Part shown: in pieces, positions 14,272 to 27,410 of the stretch
How positions within the stretch are numbered: the stretch's first letter is position 1
Layout of the letters: each line of letters begins with the position of its first letter
Source: Eledone cirrhosa
Lineage: Eukaryota
DNA length: 64,000 nt
Assembly: GCA_964016885.1 (NCBI GenBank)
Contig: OZ024743.1
Span: 13,950,001-14,014,000, forward strand
Direction: 5' to 3'
Notes under the pieces: model-generated
Database searches by the model: none
Told to the model about the DNA's origin: nothing
Seen by the model: only the letters and a program-made list of their open reading frames with translations
Made by a program: the position numbers and the translations under genes

Positions 14272-14994
14272 ACAATCTCACAGCACCTCGACACAGACGC
14301 ACCTACACTTGACAATAACTATATCGGCCTTAACAACTCCCTGGCAGCATCCAATAGTGTTGGCAACGGCATCCGCAGACGCAACCAGAATGACCGCGAA
14401 GTGACTGGGGAACATGCAGAACATGACGTGCGGAATAACACTCGCACCGTCCCGCGTGCTGTGGGTTGTAATTGTGCTAACGACAGCTGCAGTAGCGTAG
14501 GTAACAACGTAGGCAGCAACAATGATAGCCTTACCGTGGGAAATAGACGGAACCGCGACAGAAATTGCAACTGCCGCGACAGAGGATGCTGCCCCCTTAG
14601 AGGATACTGCTTCACTGATAGGGTTATATATAGATGCACTATTACTAGCCACAATAGCGTTAAACATTATATAGGGGCCACCACCGGCCCGTTCAAAATT
14701 AGGTTTCGAACACCTCTCCACTCTTTCACAAATAGAAAACTAAGGCACTCCACTTCGCTCGCGGACTACATCACATCACTAAAGGACTCAAACATCAGCT
14801 TCTCCACGCACTGGGAGATTGTCGGCAGGGCTGCACCGTACAACTTCAAGAGGAAATGCGATCTTTGCCTCATGGAGCTCTACCACATCATAACTGCACC
14901 CCACGAGCTCATCAACAGCAGAGCTGAAACAGCGATAAGTTGTACACATCGCTTAAAAATATCCTTCTTTAGATGGGTTAAGGATGAAGAGTGA
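14272..14994 (+). CDS. GIY-YIG endonuclease C-terminal part of the Penelope ORF (open from the inversion junction, no native start)
   Basis: NCNCR..CCPLRGYC..VIYRC..HYIGATTGPFKIRF..HSF..STSLADYI..CDLCLMELYHI..LINSRAE..CTH. Confidence 0.85.
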   Translation, partial: TISQHLDTDAPTLDNNYIGLNNSLAASNSVGNGIRRRNQNDREVTGEHAEHDVRNNTRTVPRAVGCNCANDSCSSVGNNVGSNNDSLTVGNRRNRDRNCNCRDRGCCPLRGYCFTDRVIYRCTITSHNSVKHYIGATTGPFKIRFRTPLHSFTNRKLRHSTSLADYITSLKDSNISFSTHWEIVGRAAPYNFKRKCDLCLMELYHIITAPHELINSRAETAISCTHRLKISFFRWVKDEE

Positions 14995-15288
14995 AATAGT
15001 ACACTGGATCTCCCTGCAACAAGACTTAACAGACCGGCGGGCAGGCGCTGCAAAATAACACCCAGAAAACAATCCTTGCATACCAGACCCAGCCTCAGAC
15101 AAACGGATGCGGCAAAAAAAAAAAAAAAAAAAATTATCCGGGAAAGTCTGCCCTAACACCGGCCAGAGTTACCTCCCTTGACCTGCTGCAAAATCAAAAC
15201 AAGATATTTTTGCGAGCAATGAATCTTGATGTAGATTTAACCCCCAAAACTCTTTCCGAACTATATATGGAACACTTGTGATTATTTA

Positions 15289-15328
15289 TGCCTTTGAGAA
15301 GCCCAACTGGGCGAAACGTACGTAGGTG
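15289..15328 (+). ncRNA. Minimal hammerhead-like motif, U3-A8 core (mirror copy 13751-13790, minus strand)
   Basis: TTGAGAA-GCCC aact GGGC-GAAA-C gtac G-TA; palindromic stem III; weak stem I. Confidence 0.6.
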
Positions 15329-15540
15329 ATATTTTAAATAAACATGTTTTAACGGTCTATTCTCCGATTTTTACTTTCCCACGTGCTTACGCTCTGCTAA
15401 CTCTCTAGCCCACTAAATATTAACACTTCGAATATTTAATACTGCCGGCACTAGTATCGAGCACCTTTGGCATACGCTACTTGGCAAATAACTATATGTA
15501 TCACCTATCCCCCCTTTTTTTCTCTTTCTCGATACGTAAA

Positions 15541-15614
<74 letters not shown>

Positions 15615-15624
15615 TTATTTATTT

Positions 15625-15742
15625 AATATAGAAATGGCTTCTACAGGACTAGAACCGTTTCATTCGAAGAAAATTATCAGAAAAGCCCTGATGATTCCTT
15701 TCGAATGAAACAGTTCTAGTCCTGGTGGAGTCATTTCTATAT
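15625..15742. repeat. Short foldback (~44-bp arms); related sequence at 20905-20933, 21046-21074 and 63815-63905
   Basis: AATATAGAAATGGCTTCTACAGGACTAGAACCGTTTCATTCGAA and its reverse complement; CTGATGA...GAAAC inside. Confidence 0.75.
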
Positions 15743-15852
15743 TAATTATTTATACTCTGCTACATATTGAGTTCTTTACTTACTGTGGTTACCACCGATG
15801 TAACGTGGGATACACATATCTATCTATCCATCTATTTATCTCTCACTCTCTC

Positions 15853-15933
<81 letters not shown>

Positions 15934-16049
15934 CTGAGTGTGCATATGTGTGTATGTATATATATATATATATATACGCACACACATATGCACACTCAGA
16001 CACACACATATATATATATATATAGAGAGAGATAAATAGATGGATAGAT

Positions 16050-16123
<74 letters not shown>

Positions 16124-16939
16124 TTATACTAGACCACCCGCGACCCGTTGCCTCACCTTCACTTAAAAATATTTTTTACACCTCCCCCTCTCTCTCTCTT
16201 CCATTTTCCTTCTCTATCTCCTTCTCTCTCTCTATGTATCTCTTTCAGTCACGACCATTAACTGTTTCCCTATTTCTTTAACTCTCTCTGTTTATAACAT
16301 TTCCATCCGTAAAATTATTGTCGCTTATGATTTTGATAAAACAAAGGACACAGCTGGTCACATATGCGTCCCTTCGTCGAGGAAAAGTTGGTCTGACTAT
16401 GTATTAAACATTGTTTGTAAATCGTCTAAACCTTTCTATAACATCTTTATTTTGCCAATACGTTTTCCCACTGAGGTCGTGTGCCAACATTGTTAAAATG
16501 ACAAGATTGATATTTGGTAAGTTTTGCACTCCGCATTCCTCTACATATTAGCTGCGATGGATATTTCTCGTGTATGGAACTTGTTACCCGTGAACTGTTA
16601 TTCATTGTCACAGTGTTATTCTTGTTTTGTCAATGTATTGTTCATGGAAACCTTCCTTATATATTATATTTTCTGAGTTGCACCAGAAAACATTTTAAAC
16701 TGGAAAATGGGACATTCTTTCAGTGAAATTCGTGACCTTCTAATAGACAGTTGCACACTCTGATGTAAGCATCCTGTCACTTCAGGTAATTAAATCCATT
16801 TTGCAGCTTTGCATTTCTGAGCTAATGACTTATGTTGAAATTTACATTATATAATTGGGTATTTTTGTAAGATGTTTGTCATTTATTTGTTCTATAGTAG
16901 TATAGCTAGGTTTAGTTGTATGTGTTTGTAGAATTCCGT

Positions 16940-18060
16940 GAGCTTTTGTTTAAGCATGAAATTTAAGGTATTCATTTTCTTTTTATTTTATTTTTTGTTT
17001 CTCCGAGTACTTGAATATTAATTTCTCTTGATTTTTGAATGCCATTACTGACTCGATTCTGAGGGTATTTTCCCTTGATGAGTATCTTTTCATCTCTTCT
17101 AGTTTGTTGTCTGTTGTTGGTGAGTTTGAAACTATTGCACTAATTCGCTTAGCTAAGTTAAGTGGAATATTGGTACGGGTATGGATGTTTCTGATAGTGG
17201 CAATTAGAAACCCTTCTAATGCTTCGCAACCAGTTTTATGAGTTTTGTCTGTCTACGTATTTTGTGTTCAGCTTTGTGGCATATTGTCCATATATGTTTT
17301 TTTCCTCCTATCAATCTAACATGGCATTTTGTAAGACTATTTTCAATTTAGATTTTATGTTTTTTACACTTTCACTTGTTTCTTTCTCTTTACATTTTCC
17401 TCAAAGTTATCTTTAATCCAGTTTCGGGCTTCATTAAATACAGAGAACACGTTTTTATTTGTTTCATGTTTCGTGACCTTTTGTATGAACTTCATTAGAT
17501 ATTTTTGTAGAACTAAAATAGGTATTTTATAATAGTTTATAGTTGCATAATAAGGCTCCTATCTCATTGTGTTCGTGGTAGGTATAATATTTCTTCACCT
17601 ATTTTGGATGGTGTATTCTATATGCAGTCATTATAGTCTTGTTTTTTTCTTTCTATTCCAGTTAGTTCAGAATATTTAAACTGTAGCTTACTACTGGGAT
17701 CGCAAAAGCATTGATGTCATTTACATTATTCATTACATTTAGACCAGTTTTGAGTAGTAAACTAATCCGCCAGTAGTATTACTTTCTGATCTTTCTTTCA
17801 TTGGTGCGTGGTGTACCATGTCTCGTTGATTACAAAATATATGTAGATCTCTCATCTAATCTGTTTCTTCATCTTGTATAAGTGATTTGTACCAGATTTC
17901 CTCTCTCCAAAGGTGCCTCGATACAATGTTGTAGTCCAAATTCCATACCAATATCATTTGTGACACCATTTACTGTCCTCTGCAGTGTTTTGAATTGCCT
18001 TACATTTTCAGCATACAGCTTTAGATAATTCATATACAGGAGATGTTTATTTGTATTAGT
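16940..18060 (-). pseudogene. Decayed R4/Dong-like non-LTR retrotransposon, RT region
   Basis: HLLYMNYLKLYA..TVNGVTNDIGMEFGL..C (derived from the YMDDLKL motif); many stops. Confidence 0.7.
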
Positions 18061-20843
18061 ATTATTATTAATATCATTGTACAAAGAGGTTTATAAACAA
18101 ATGCCCGTATGCGAAAATATGGACCAACAATAGCTTGTATGCATCCATGTGTATTATACACATCCTCATATATATATATATACATGTGTGTGTTTGTGTG
18201 CGTGCGTTCGTGTGATGTCGTTAGCACAAAGTTAATTAATAAGAAATTTTCATTAGAAGTTACGTGAAACAAAAAATGTATCTGTGATGCATCAGATGTT
18301 TGTAATTGACAGAGTAATATCTATCGAGAATTCTATGAATTCTCTTGTCTGGGAATATAATTGATTATAGCCAAACGTCAATTTCAAACTATCGGATATA
18401 TCTTATGTTTACTACATTAAGCGTTGCCTGATATAATCTGATTAGTACAAACATACTCGTAATTGTAAAGCTGTATCTTTGAATATTAAGAATAGTGTTT
18501 TGTTATTGCTGCATTCTTTCACGTTAACAATAACAATATCCTGTTCCTACACCCAAAATGAGTCAAACTCATGCACGTGTCTTATATTGTTTGGAAACAT
18601 TTCCAAAATAATATGATGTTTGTGAGAGGTTTATCGTCAAATTATGGTAAATATCACATTTACACCTTCCAATATTATTCTTCCCTGTTGTGTTTGCATG
18701 CAATATAAACTTCAAACAATTTATTCTACTTCTGTTTTTCCCGGTTTCGTGCGTTTGTGGGCATTTAGAATATGTATCTAAAAAGATCTCACATTTCAAA
18801 AATGCTTTGAATCTTAGATTAGTATCAATAAATGTTATTTACCGAAGAAGATTCGCGTAAGGGAAATGATATATATATATATTTTGTCGAACACAAATTG
18901 ATTTAAATTCAATAAAGATGCGTGTACATTTTCATGTAAATTATTCTAATCCTGATATGTATCTTGTCGAAAATCGTAAATACGCAATTCGATGTGGGAT
19001 ATGTGGATTATTTTGAAAAAGTCAATTATTGTAATTAAAGTTTGATATATTTGCTTCATTTGTTATTGGGAAAAGGAGAGATTGTGAACTACTTTCATAC
19101 TCTTCCTCTGAAAGTTAATTGCTTAAGGTAAATGTGAAATTCAAGTGTTCATAATTCAACAATCGATTGTCTCTTCTTGTATATGTATTCCCCGGGGAAA
19201 CGCCTTCTCCATTCTGTCCACCGGGGCTGTGGAGAGGCCAGCACGTAGGACCCCACCCATTTGCTCACCATGCGGATTGGCGCAGGTAAACCAACTATTT
19301 TACTTTAGTAACTCCACATAATACAAGACGTTATATGAGAAACAACATCAAAATATAACGTAAAATATAATAAAGCAAGACTTAACTCTCCGGCGTGCAT
19401 TCCCTCTTATCCAGATTTAATTGTTACTTACAAATCCACAGCATTATTTCAAATATTCAGTGTGTCGGTGTTGAGAACGGGAGCGTTGACTAATTTCTAA
19501 TTTGATAAGAGAAGAAACAGGTTTAATATTGACATTGTGAAATTGTAGATTACAGGATTCCAATAACTTGATTAAGGATTGATCACGAGTGTTGCTCTCT
19601 ATGAATCCTTTCTTGTATATATTCAAGATATGTTGCATAAACCTTCAGTCATCGTATAAGGATCCAAGTATCTGTGTGACTGTGAATATTACTAACACAC
19701 ACAACGTTAACACTATAAATTGCAAGTATAATGTTTTGAGCGGTGCCATAATTATTGGACCACTGAATGGATCTCGTATATCACTTTGCATTATATATGG
19801 TGACCATTCTGAATATTAAATATGACTCACTAAGGTGCTGAAATGTGTCATGTCGTAAATAGAATATCTGCCTTATCTGCAATACTCAAACATCCCTCTG
19901 GGTTCGTCTAATAAGTGGTTTTATTTGGGTCAAGTCCCTTGTTTGTTAAATAACCATGGAGATCTCAATTAATTGTACGATTCCAGCTTATTGTATTCAT
20001 ATGGGAGGGCATAATGTAAAGGATTATACATTTGGAAACACTGCAATATAAGTGGACGAACCAGGATCGCAATAACTTTTACTTATAATTATTATTTTCA
20101 ATCAAATTCTAGTTTCTTTTATATGCGGCTAACAAAAGAGGAAAATCAACTTCGAACCCAGTACACATATGTCTGATTTTAACAAAAAACGTACAGTGAA
20201 ATATTCTCTAAATACAAAAAAAAATAAAAGGAAAAGCGAAAAGAAATTGTATGTAGGATTCTTTCGTGTATAAATAAATTCATTAACATTTTATATATGA
20301 TGTCTAGGACGTATTTATCAATATCATTTTTATTTCATCGTTGCTTGGCCAGTTCTGATTTATTTATCAACGCCAAGCTATTAAAAATACGCAAATGAGA
20401 TAAGTTAACAATTATCTTGTATCAATCAGAAATATAGTCTGAATTGTTTTGTTTCTTTTTTGCCTTTTAGCCTACATTTCCTTTTTAAGAAGTCTTATTG
20501 TCTATTATACAATACATTGTCTGCTGAAGACCGGCATTAATATTAAAAGAAAGACAGCACCGAGAAAGTCAATATTCAATAAGGATGAAGAAATATAAAA
20601 GAAAATATATAATGGAAGTACTTTTAATTAATCACACGAACGATAAAAATTAATAGATTACATTTCATACATAGATTACTTTTGCGTATAAAACGGATCG
20701 TGTTTGTGTAGGTATGTATTTATAAATTCATAATGTAGAGGCACGCATCTAAATTTAACGAACACGAAATAGACAAATGGACACACTTAAACATTTGCGA
20801 CCCCATCTTCTATCCTAGTGTTCCTCTTTCTCTCTCTCTGTAT

Positions 20844-20890
<47 letters not shown>

Positions 20891-20955
20891 GAGAGAGAGA
20901 GAGAAATATAGAAATGGTTTCTACTGGACTAATATGTGTGTGTGTGCAAATGTGT

Positions 20956-21016
<61 letters not shown>

Positions 21017-21149
21017 TGTATGTATGTATGTATGTATATAAAGGAAATATAGAAATGGTTTCTACTGGACTAATATGTGTGTGTGTGCAAATGTGTGGAT
21101 ATATATAAATATATATATATGCATGTATGTATGTATATAAAGGAGCTCT

Positions 21150-21608
21150 TAAGAGTCAATGGCCATCCAAAATCACCGGGAGAGATGACCCCTTAGCCTT
21201 TGTCAAGGCAGAATTCTAGGAGAAGGAAAACTCTGATATAACACCTGCAACTCTGATGGTATCCAATGATGTTGACTTGTTCTTCTTTTTGGTAAATATC
21301 ATCTTGGTTAAGAGAGTGTGACTGGCTTTGTGCAGTGCCTTTGCTCGCTATAAAAGCTTCACGGCACAGGCATTGCTTTATATCTGGAGATCTCTCTGCA
21401 CTTGTCGTCACATGGTACCATGGGCCCAGCACTATGTGTCAATAATTGTCACAAGTGTAGTGTTTGTACCAGAGTTTTCAAGTCGCTGGCTGGACTAATA
21501 AGTCACACTCGTTCAGCGCATAGGTAGGAGTTCTCCTACATGGATATAAAGTAGTGGCCGTACTCTTCAAAGAGAGAAAGAGATATAGAAGAATCAACCC
21601 CAATACCA

Positions 21609-21610
<2 letters not shown>
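21150..21610 (-). pseudogene. Probable decayed Penelope GIY-YIG 3' end
   Basis: REAFI...LNQD-like ending followed by CCTTGACAAAGGC (HHR 5' half); between (TA)n tracts. Confidence 0.4.
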
Positions 21611-21661
<51 letters not shown>

Positions 21662-21713
21662 CATACGTATTATATACGTGTAGACGCGTTCTTGAGACTA
21701 GTAAAATGAGGTA

Positions 21714-21801
21714 TCCTCTTGATAAGTCGGCAGACCTCGCAAGGACTCTATATCTTTGATATATTGTTTTTGTTTATGCCACGAAACTACGTAGTCGAGG
21801 A
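21714..21801 (+). ncRNA. Type I hammerhead, U3-A8 core, unit 1
   Basis: TCCTC-TTGATAA-GT(C)GGCA...TGCCAC-GAAA-C tacgta G-TC-GAGGA; predicted cut after 21796. Confidence 0.75.
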
Positions 21802-22304
21802 ATTTAGGAACAGTTTAGGTATGATACATTTTATTACTAATTATATCTAAATGTTTCTTCTCTCTTCATAATGTATTTTTAACTCTGATACTGGTTCAGT
21901 CTGGTTCAAACTGAATTGGTCTGTCCCAGTCATTCATTGAGCAACATCGGTGAAGTTGGCACCCTTAACTCACAGTTGGGTGCGGATGCATTCATGTATA
22001 TATGTGTGTGTCCGCATGTATCTGTGTGTTTCTTAATATATTAATAACTCCCTCTGGTCGAGCAATCTTTGAAGTGTGGGGACAACTGGAAAGCTTCCAT
22101 TACTCATACTTCTCGCCTTCTTCACTACCTCTTCTACGGCCTCGATATGAATACCCCCTCCGCCTCCGTGGTATTTTCTTCGTGGTTATAAGAGGCTTAG
22201 CTCTGTTTCTCGACCGTTATATCGCGTGACTATCTCCCCCTCCGCCTTTTGGGATTCTTTCTCACGTCGTGTAGACGCGTTCTTGAGACTAGTAAAATGA
22301 GGTA

Positions 22305-22392
22305 TCCTCTTGATAAGTCGGCAGACCTCGCAAGGACTCTATATCTTTGATATATTGTTTTTGTTTATGCCACGAAACTACGTAGTCGAGGA
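22305..22392 (+). ncRNA. Type I hammerhead, unit 2
   Basis: Same as unit 1; predicted cut after 22387. Confidence 0.75.
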
Positions 22393-22895
22393 ATTTAGGA
22401 ACAGTTTAGGTATGATACATTTTATTACTAATTATATCTAAATGTTTCTTCTCTCTTCATAATGTATTTTTAACTCTGATACTGGTTCAGTCTGGTTCAA
22501 ACTGAATTGGTCTGTCCCAGTCATTCATTGAGCAACATCGGTGAAGTTGGCACCCTTAACTCACAGTTGGGTGCGGATGCATTCATGTATATATGTGTGT
22601 GTCCGCATGTATCTGTGTGTTTCTTAATATATTAATAACTCCCTCTGGTCGAGCAATCTTTGAAGTGTGGGGACAACTGGAAAGCTTCCATTACTCATAC
22701 TTCTCGCCTTCTTCACTACCTCTTCTACGGCCTCGATATGAATACCCCCTCCGCCTCCGTGGTATTTTCTTCGTGGTTATAAGAGGCTTAGCTCTGTTTC
22801 TCGACCGTTATATCGCGTGACTATCTCCCCCTCCGCCTTTTGGGATTCTTTCTCACGTCGTGTAGACGCGTTCTTGAGACTAGTAAAATGAGGTA

Positions 22896-22983
22896 TCCTC
22901 TTGATAAGTCGGCAGACCTCGCAAGGACTCTATATCTTTGATATATTGTTTTTGTTTATGCCACGAAACTACGTAGTCGAGGA
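22896..22983 (+). ncRNA. Type I hammerhead, unit 3
   Basis: Same as unit 1; predicted cut after 22978. Confidence 0.75.
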
Positions 22984-23217
22984 ATTTAGGAACAGTTTAG
23001 GTATGATACATTTTATTACTAATTATATCTAAATGTTTCTTCTCTCTTCATAATGTATTTTTAACTCTGATACTGGTTCAGTCTGGTTCAAACTGAATTG
23101 GTCTGTCCCAGTCATTCATTGAGCAACATCGGTGAAGTTGGCACCCTTAACTCACAGTTGGGTGCGGATGCATTCATGTATATATGTGTGTGTCCGCATG
23201 TATCTGTGTGTTTCTTA

Positions 23218-23266
<49 letters not shown>

Positions 23267-23426
23267 TTAATTATACTATTTATGGTTATGTAAATACAAA
23301 AAGCTTTTGCAGTTATATATATTTTTATATAAACCCTAAATAGTGGTAGGCAGTAATATATTACTACCTTATTACCAGTAAGTTAAGTAGCTCAATGTAA
23401 AAACATCAGATGATTTACAGAGCAGT

Positions 23427-24251
23427 TATATGAATTATAAGAATCAAAGAACTGTTCAAAACATTTTTATGCTTACAACTGTTTCCTCCAAACCGAGGTT
23501 TGGATTCTTCGGAGCAATTTATTAATGAATGAACACTTGTATGACCTCCTTTTCACCCAAGAGTCATACAGATACATATGCAAATATTGTGGGTCAACAT
23601 TCATTACAGCATTTAGAGTGGCAGTACACACTTAGAGATTACATTCATATTAAAAGATACAATCAAAAATACAGGTTAAAATACAACATGAAAATAAGCG
23701 GTTATATAGTGCAAAGGTTATATGTGTGGCAAGCACGTGTGTCTTGTTTATATAGTGTGGCAGAGAGTTACGTGTAGTAGAAGAACATTATTTTTAATGC
23801 TTATATTATTTCTCCACACACAGACTATAACAATCATATAAAGAATTTGTCACCAGATCAACCAACCTAACACTCTTGTTTACCTACTTAAGTGATTCTA
23901 CTACACGTAACTCTCTGCCACACAATATAAATAAGACACACGTGCTTGCCACACATATAACCTTTGCACTATATAACTGCTTATTTTCATGTTGTATTTT
24001 AACCTGTATTTTTGATTGTATCTTTTAATATGAATGTAATCTCTAAGTATGTACTGCCACTCTAAATGCTGTAATGAATGTTGACCCACAATATTTGCAT
24101 ATGTATCTGTATGTCACTTGGGTGAAATGGAGGTCATATAAGTGTTCATTCATTAATGAATTGCTCCGAAGAATCCAAACCTCGGTTTGGAGGAAACAGT
24201 TGTAAGCATAAAACTGTTTTGAACAGTTCTTTCATTCTTATAATTCATATA
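23427..24251. mobile_element. Non-coding foldback element, ~355-bp arms (23427-23782 / 23896-24251), 113-bp spacer
   Basis: Mirror ORFs in the track; arms highly similar; HHR in each arm. Confidence 0.9.
24162..24208 (+). ncRNA. Minimal hammerhead, C4 variant (mirror copy 23470-23516, minus strand)
   Basis: TGCT-CCGAAGA-a TCCAAAC ctcg GTTTGGA g-GAAA-C agtt G-TA-AGCA. Confidence 0.7.
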
Positions 24252-24338
<87 letters not shown>

Positions 24339-24573
24339 ATTAATGTGGGATCAGAAAATCAAGTTCTCTACCGAACGAAATCGTTTATCAGGCTAGTTAC
24401 CATATTAGTCTGCACTCTCATTTAGGTTGGTATCTTAATGATACTGGCTTCATTAAAGCAGTGGATGTATTGGAAAACGATCGAAGGCATTTGGGCACTA
24501 TCCGATAATTTCGTTTCAGTATTATATATATACATACACACACACACACACATGCACCCAACCCCCACACAAT

Positions 24574-24764
<191 letters not shown>

Positions 24765-24897
24765 CTGTATATATATTTATTAAAATAACAAATGAAAGTT
24801 TAAGCAAAGAATCGCTGCTTTCACACTTAACGGGATCTCAGAAGATCCCGTCAAGCAGTCATTGAACATAATTGTCAGTTTCGAGTGGAGGAATGTT

Positions 24898-25278
24898 ATA
24901 TTTTTAATCCAATAACCCTGCACACCATCTGGGCCTGGTGATTTCCAGTTGGTTCGGTTTTTGGCCTACCCATTAAGAGTTTCAACTGTGATACTCAAAT
25001 CAGTTTCCTCGTTTGCTTGTTCACTAATCTCCTTTTGTACTGTCTCAATCCACACTGCCTGATCATTATATTCAACATTCTGCTCCCATATTCCTCTCCA
25101 GAATGTCCTAGTCTGTTCCGCCTCAGGGATCAAGTCGTTGCATCTTTCTTTCCCTTCAAGCTGTCCAAACAACATCTTTTGGTTGTTGTCAAACATGCGG
25201 TTCTGTCTATACTGACTGACTCTGAAATCAAACCGCCTATTCTTTGCACTCTTTGCTACAATGCGTTGCTTCACTTAC
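24898..25278 (-). pseudogene. R4/Dong LINE internal fragment
   Basis: Homologous to about 32580-32955 (RVSQYRQNRMFDNNQK..FWRGIW..NWKSPGPDG). Confidence 0.85.
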
Positions 25279-25500
25279 TCTATTATTATTATTATTATTA
25301 TTGGCAACCTACGTAGTAAATCGTATCATCGTGAACTCCGCAAAGGTTTGTTATTTTCAGTTGTTTAAAATTGCCATTCATGGAAAATGTTTATTGTTAA
25401 CTGTATATATTTGCACATACATTGATTTCTGAAAAGGACACTTGAGCCCAAAATTTAAACTTTTTATAATTATCAAACAAAAATTTTTCTTTGAAAAATC

Positions 25501-27376
25501 ATGGATGTCTCAGAGTCACTCCTTACTCACAATCTAACACCTCACCTCGACACCACCATTGTAAATATTGCTACGTTTGCCAACACTGGAAATGTAAGCA
25601 GTAGCAATATATTAAAATTGTCTCAGGCAGACGTTCATTTCCCGCCATTACCAATGACTACACGTGTTAAAGCCGCCACCACCACTACCACCGCGACAAC
25701 CACCACCACCACCGCGACAACAGAAACAAAAGAAAAAATAAATTAACTCGTGATAACGAAATGAATTCAACCAAAATTAACTCTTCCACACCGAACACCA
25801 CTGACGCCACCACCACCACAACTGAAACTAAAATTAACAATAGCAAAAATAACGATAACAACAACAGCAACAATGAAATTAAGAAAACTACCCTGAGTTT
25901 TGCCAGAGTAGCAAAAACGTGCGAAGCGATCCAGGTACCTCAGGAGGAATTAGAAGAGCCAAAGGAATGGTAAAGAAAGAGGGGTACAGGGTCATCCCCC
26001 CCCCCCCTCCACCTAATAAAATGGAGCAACTTCGCCTATGCACCGTGTCTTATCGGACAATTAACATAAAATCGCGCCGAGTGGAACGGGCATCCGAGTC
26101 CCAAATCCAAAAAGCTTTGGGACGTGTGTGGGCAAAAAACCCCACATCAGACGTGGGCAAAAGTATGGAACCGTGGAACTCGTCCCAAGCTATTGTGGCC
26201 AGAGACTTGTGAAGATCAGGGTGACCCACGTTCCACCGGCCATCGAAATTCCGTGGCTAATGGCTGCCGTGTTCGCCGGCATCGAGGCCGACACCAAGAT
26301 AATTGAAATAGCGAAAGAAAAGCAGGAGAACTGGTCCGGATCTGGGATGGAGCTCCTGATCCAAGCGGACCATAAAAGCATTGGGGAGATCCCAGAGGTA
26401 ATAGACATAACTGCCGGCAGCCACCTGACCGTAATCGTCGAGGTCAGAAGACCTAGGTGTCTCGTTTGTGGTGAAGGTACCCACCTAAGGGCTTTCCGCC
26501 CTCAGGCTAAAAGGTTGAGGCCACCTCTCTTACCCACCCCATTGATACAACCATCAACACCACCAGCAGCAGAAATGGCAGCAACAACTGTAGCAGCAAT
26601 AACAGAAGCAAATGTAACAGCAACAACCCCAGCAACAGTAGCAAAACCAACACCACCACCACCCAAAGCGCCAGAACTAGCACCAGCGCCTACACCATCC
26701 ACCACGCCACAACCAAAACCAACGCCTGTGGAGGATTTTCCACTCCCCGGCTTATCGCAACTGGAGACAGATTGTGACGACGAGGAGTGGGAAACGGTAT
26801 CAGGAAAAAAGATAAAGAGAAACCAAAAAAGAAATAAATTCTCTTTCTTCCCCCTCCAAAAACAAAATACAGAGGGAAACAAATAAATTATCAAACAAAA
26901 AAGTTAGGACAGATATGCCACCATCCACACCAGCATCACCAGCCCCATCAACACAAACACCAACACCATCACCATCATTAACCCCAACACCACTATCACC
27001 AACACCACAAAAGTGACCAAAAAGCGTAACAGAAACAAACCCACAACAAACGCAAACAAAACAAAACAACCAGAACGATACACACTACACAGCATTAAAT
27101 TTGAACAACAACCAATTATTACATTACATGCAACACAACACCAGCATCACAGAAAAAGACTACACAACTACCCAAAAGTTCACACCACCTCCACACATAC
27201 AAATCACTTGCATCACACAGAAAACGTACACGACACTAAAACAAAAATTCCCCAAAGACATCGGAGACTTCCGACAAACACTCTCCAGGAGGATTTATAA
27301 GGACATCCTTCCAGAGGAGGCCTCAAGCAGTGAAAAGGATGGACAAACCATCCTTCCTCTACGAGAAATAAGGTAA
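25501..27376 (+). pseudogene. Tx1 ORF1 (gag-like), disrupted
   Basis: SFARVA motif, CLVCGEGTHLRAFRP knuckle, P/T-rich linker, WETV.KK basic tract. Confidence 0.8.
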
Positions 27377-27410
27377 GTAGTCTTTCCCATCTTTTCCACA
27401 TCATTTCAAC

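Larger units (their letters stand above)
13695..15540 (+). mobile_element. Naiad-type Penelope-like element, 5'-truncated, with inverted pLTR (13695-14271 vs 14807-15384), in a (CA)n/(TA)n tract
   Basis: Near-identical ~577-bp inverted arms, GIY-YIG ORF, HHR-like motif, 3' tail 15385-15540. Confidence 0.88.
21677..23225 (+). repeat. 591-bp tandem array, 2.6 apparently identical units, one hammerhead per unit (retrozyme-like or pLTR array)
   Basis: Units start at 21677, 22268 and 22859; identical ORF-track entries 591 bp apart; (TA)n on both flanks. Confidence 0.95.

Noticed and set aside
15218-15283. SECIS-like ATGA...AA...TGAT in the Naiad 3' region
   Set aside because: Poor helix; the mirror arm reads AATAAA at that site; no in-frame TGA in the visible ORF
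16125-16165. Possible Helitron 3' end (CTAG with GC-rich subterminal sequence, minus strand)
   Set aside because: Hairpin unconvincing and no matching 5' end found
22002-22229. 75-aa ORF repeated in the array
   Set aside because: No recognisable motif; it repeats only because the unit repeats
21677-23225. CRISPR-like or satellite interpretation
   Set aside because: No unique spacers, eukaryotic context and only 2.6 units
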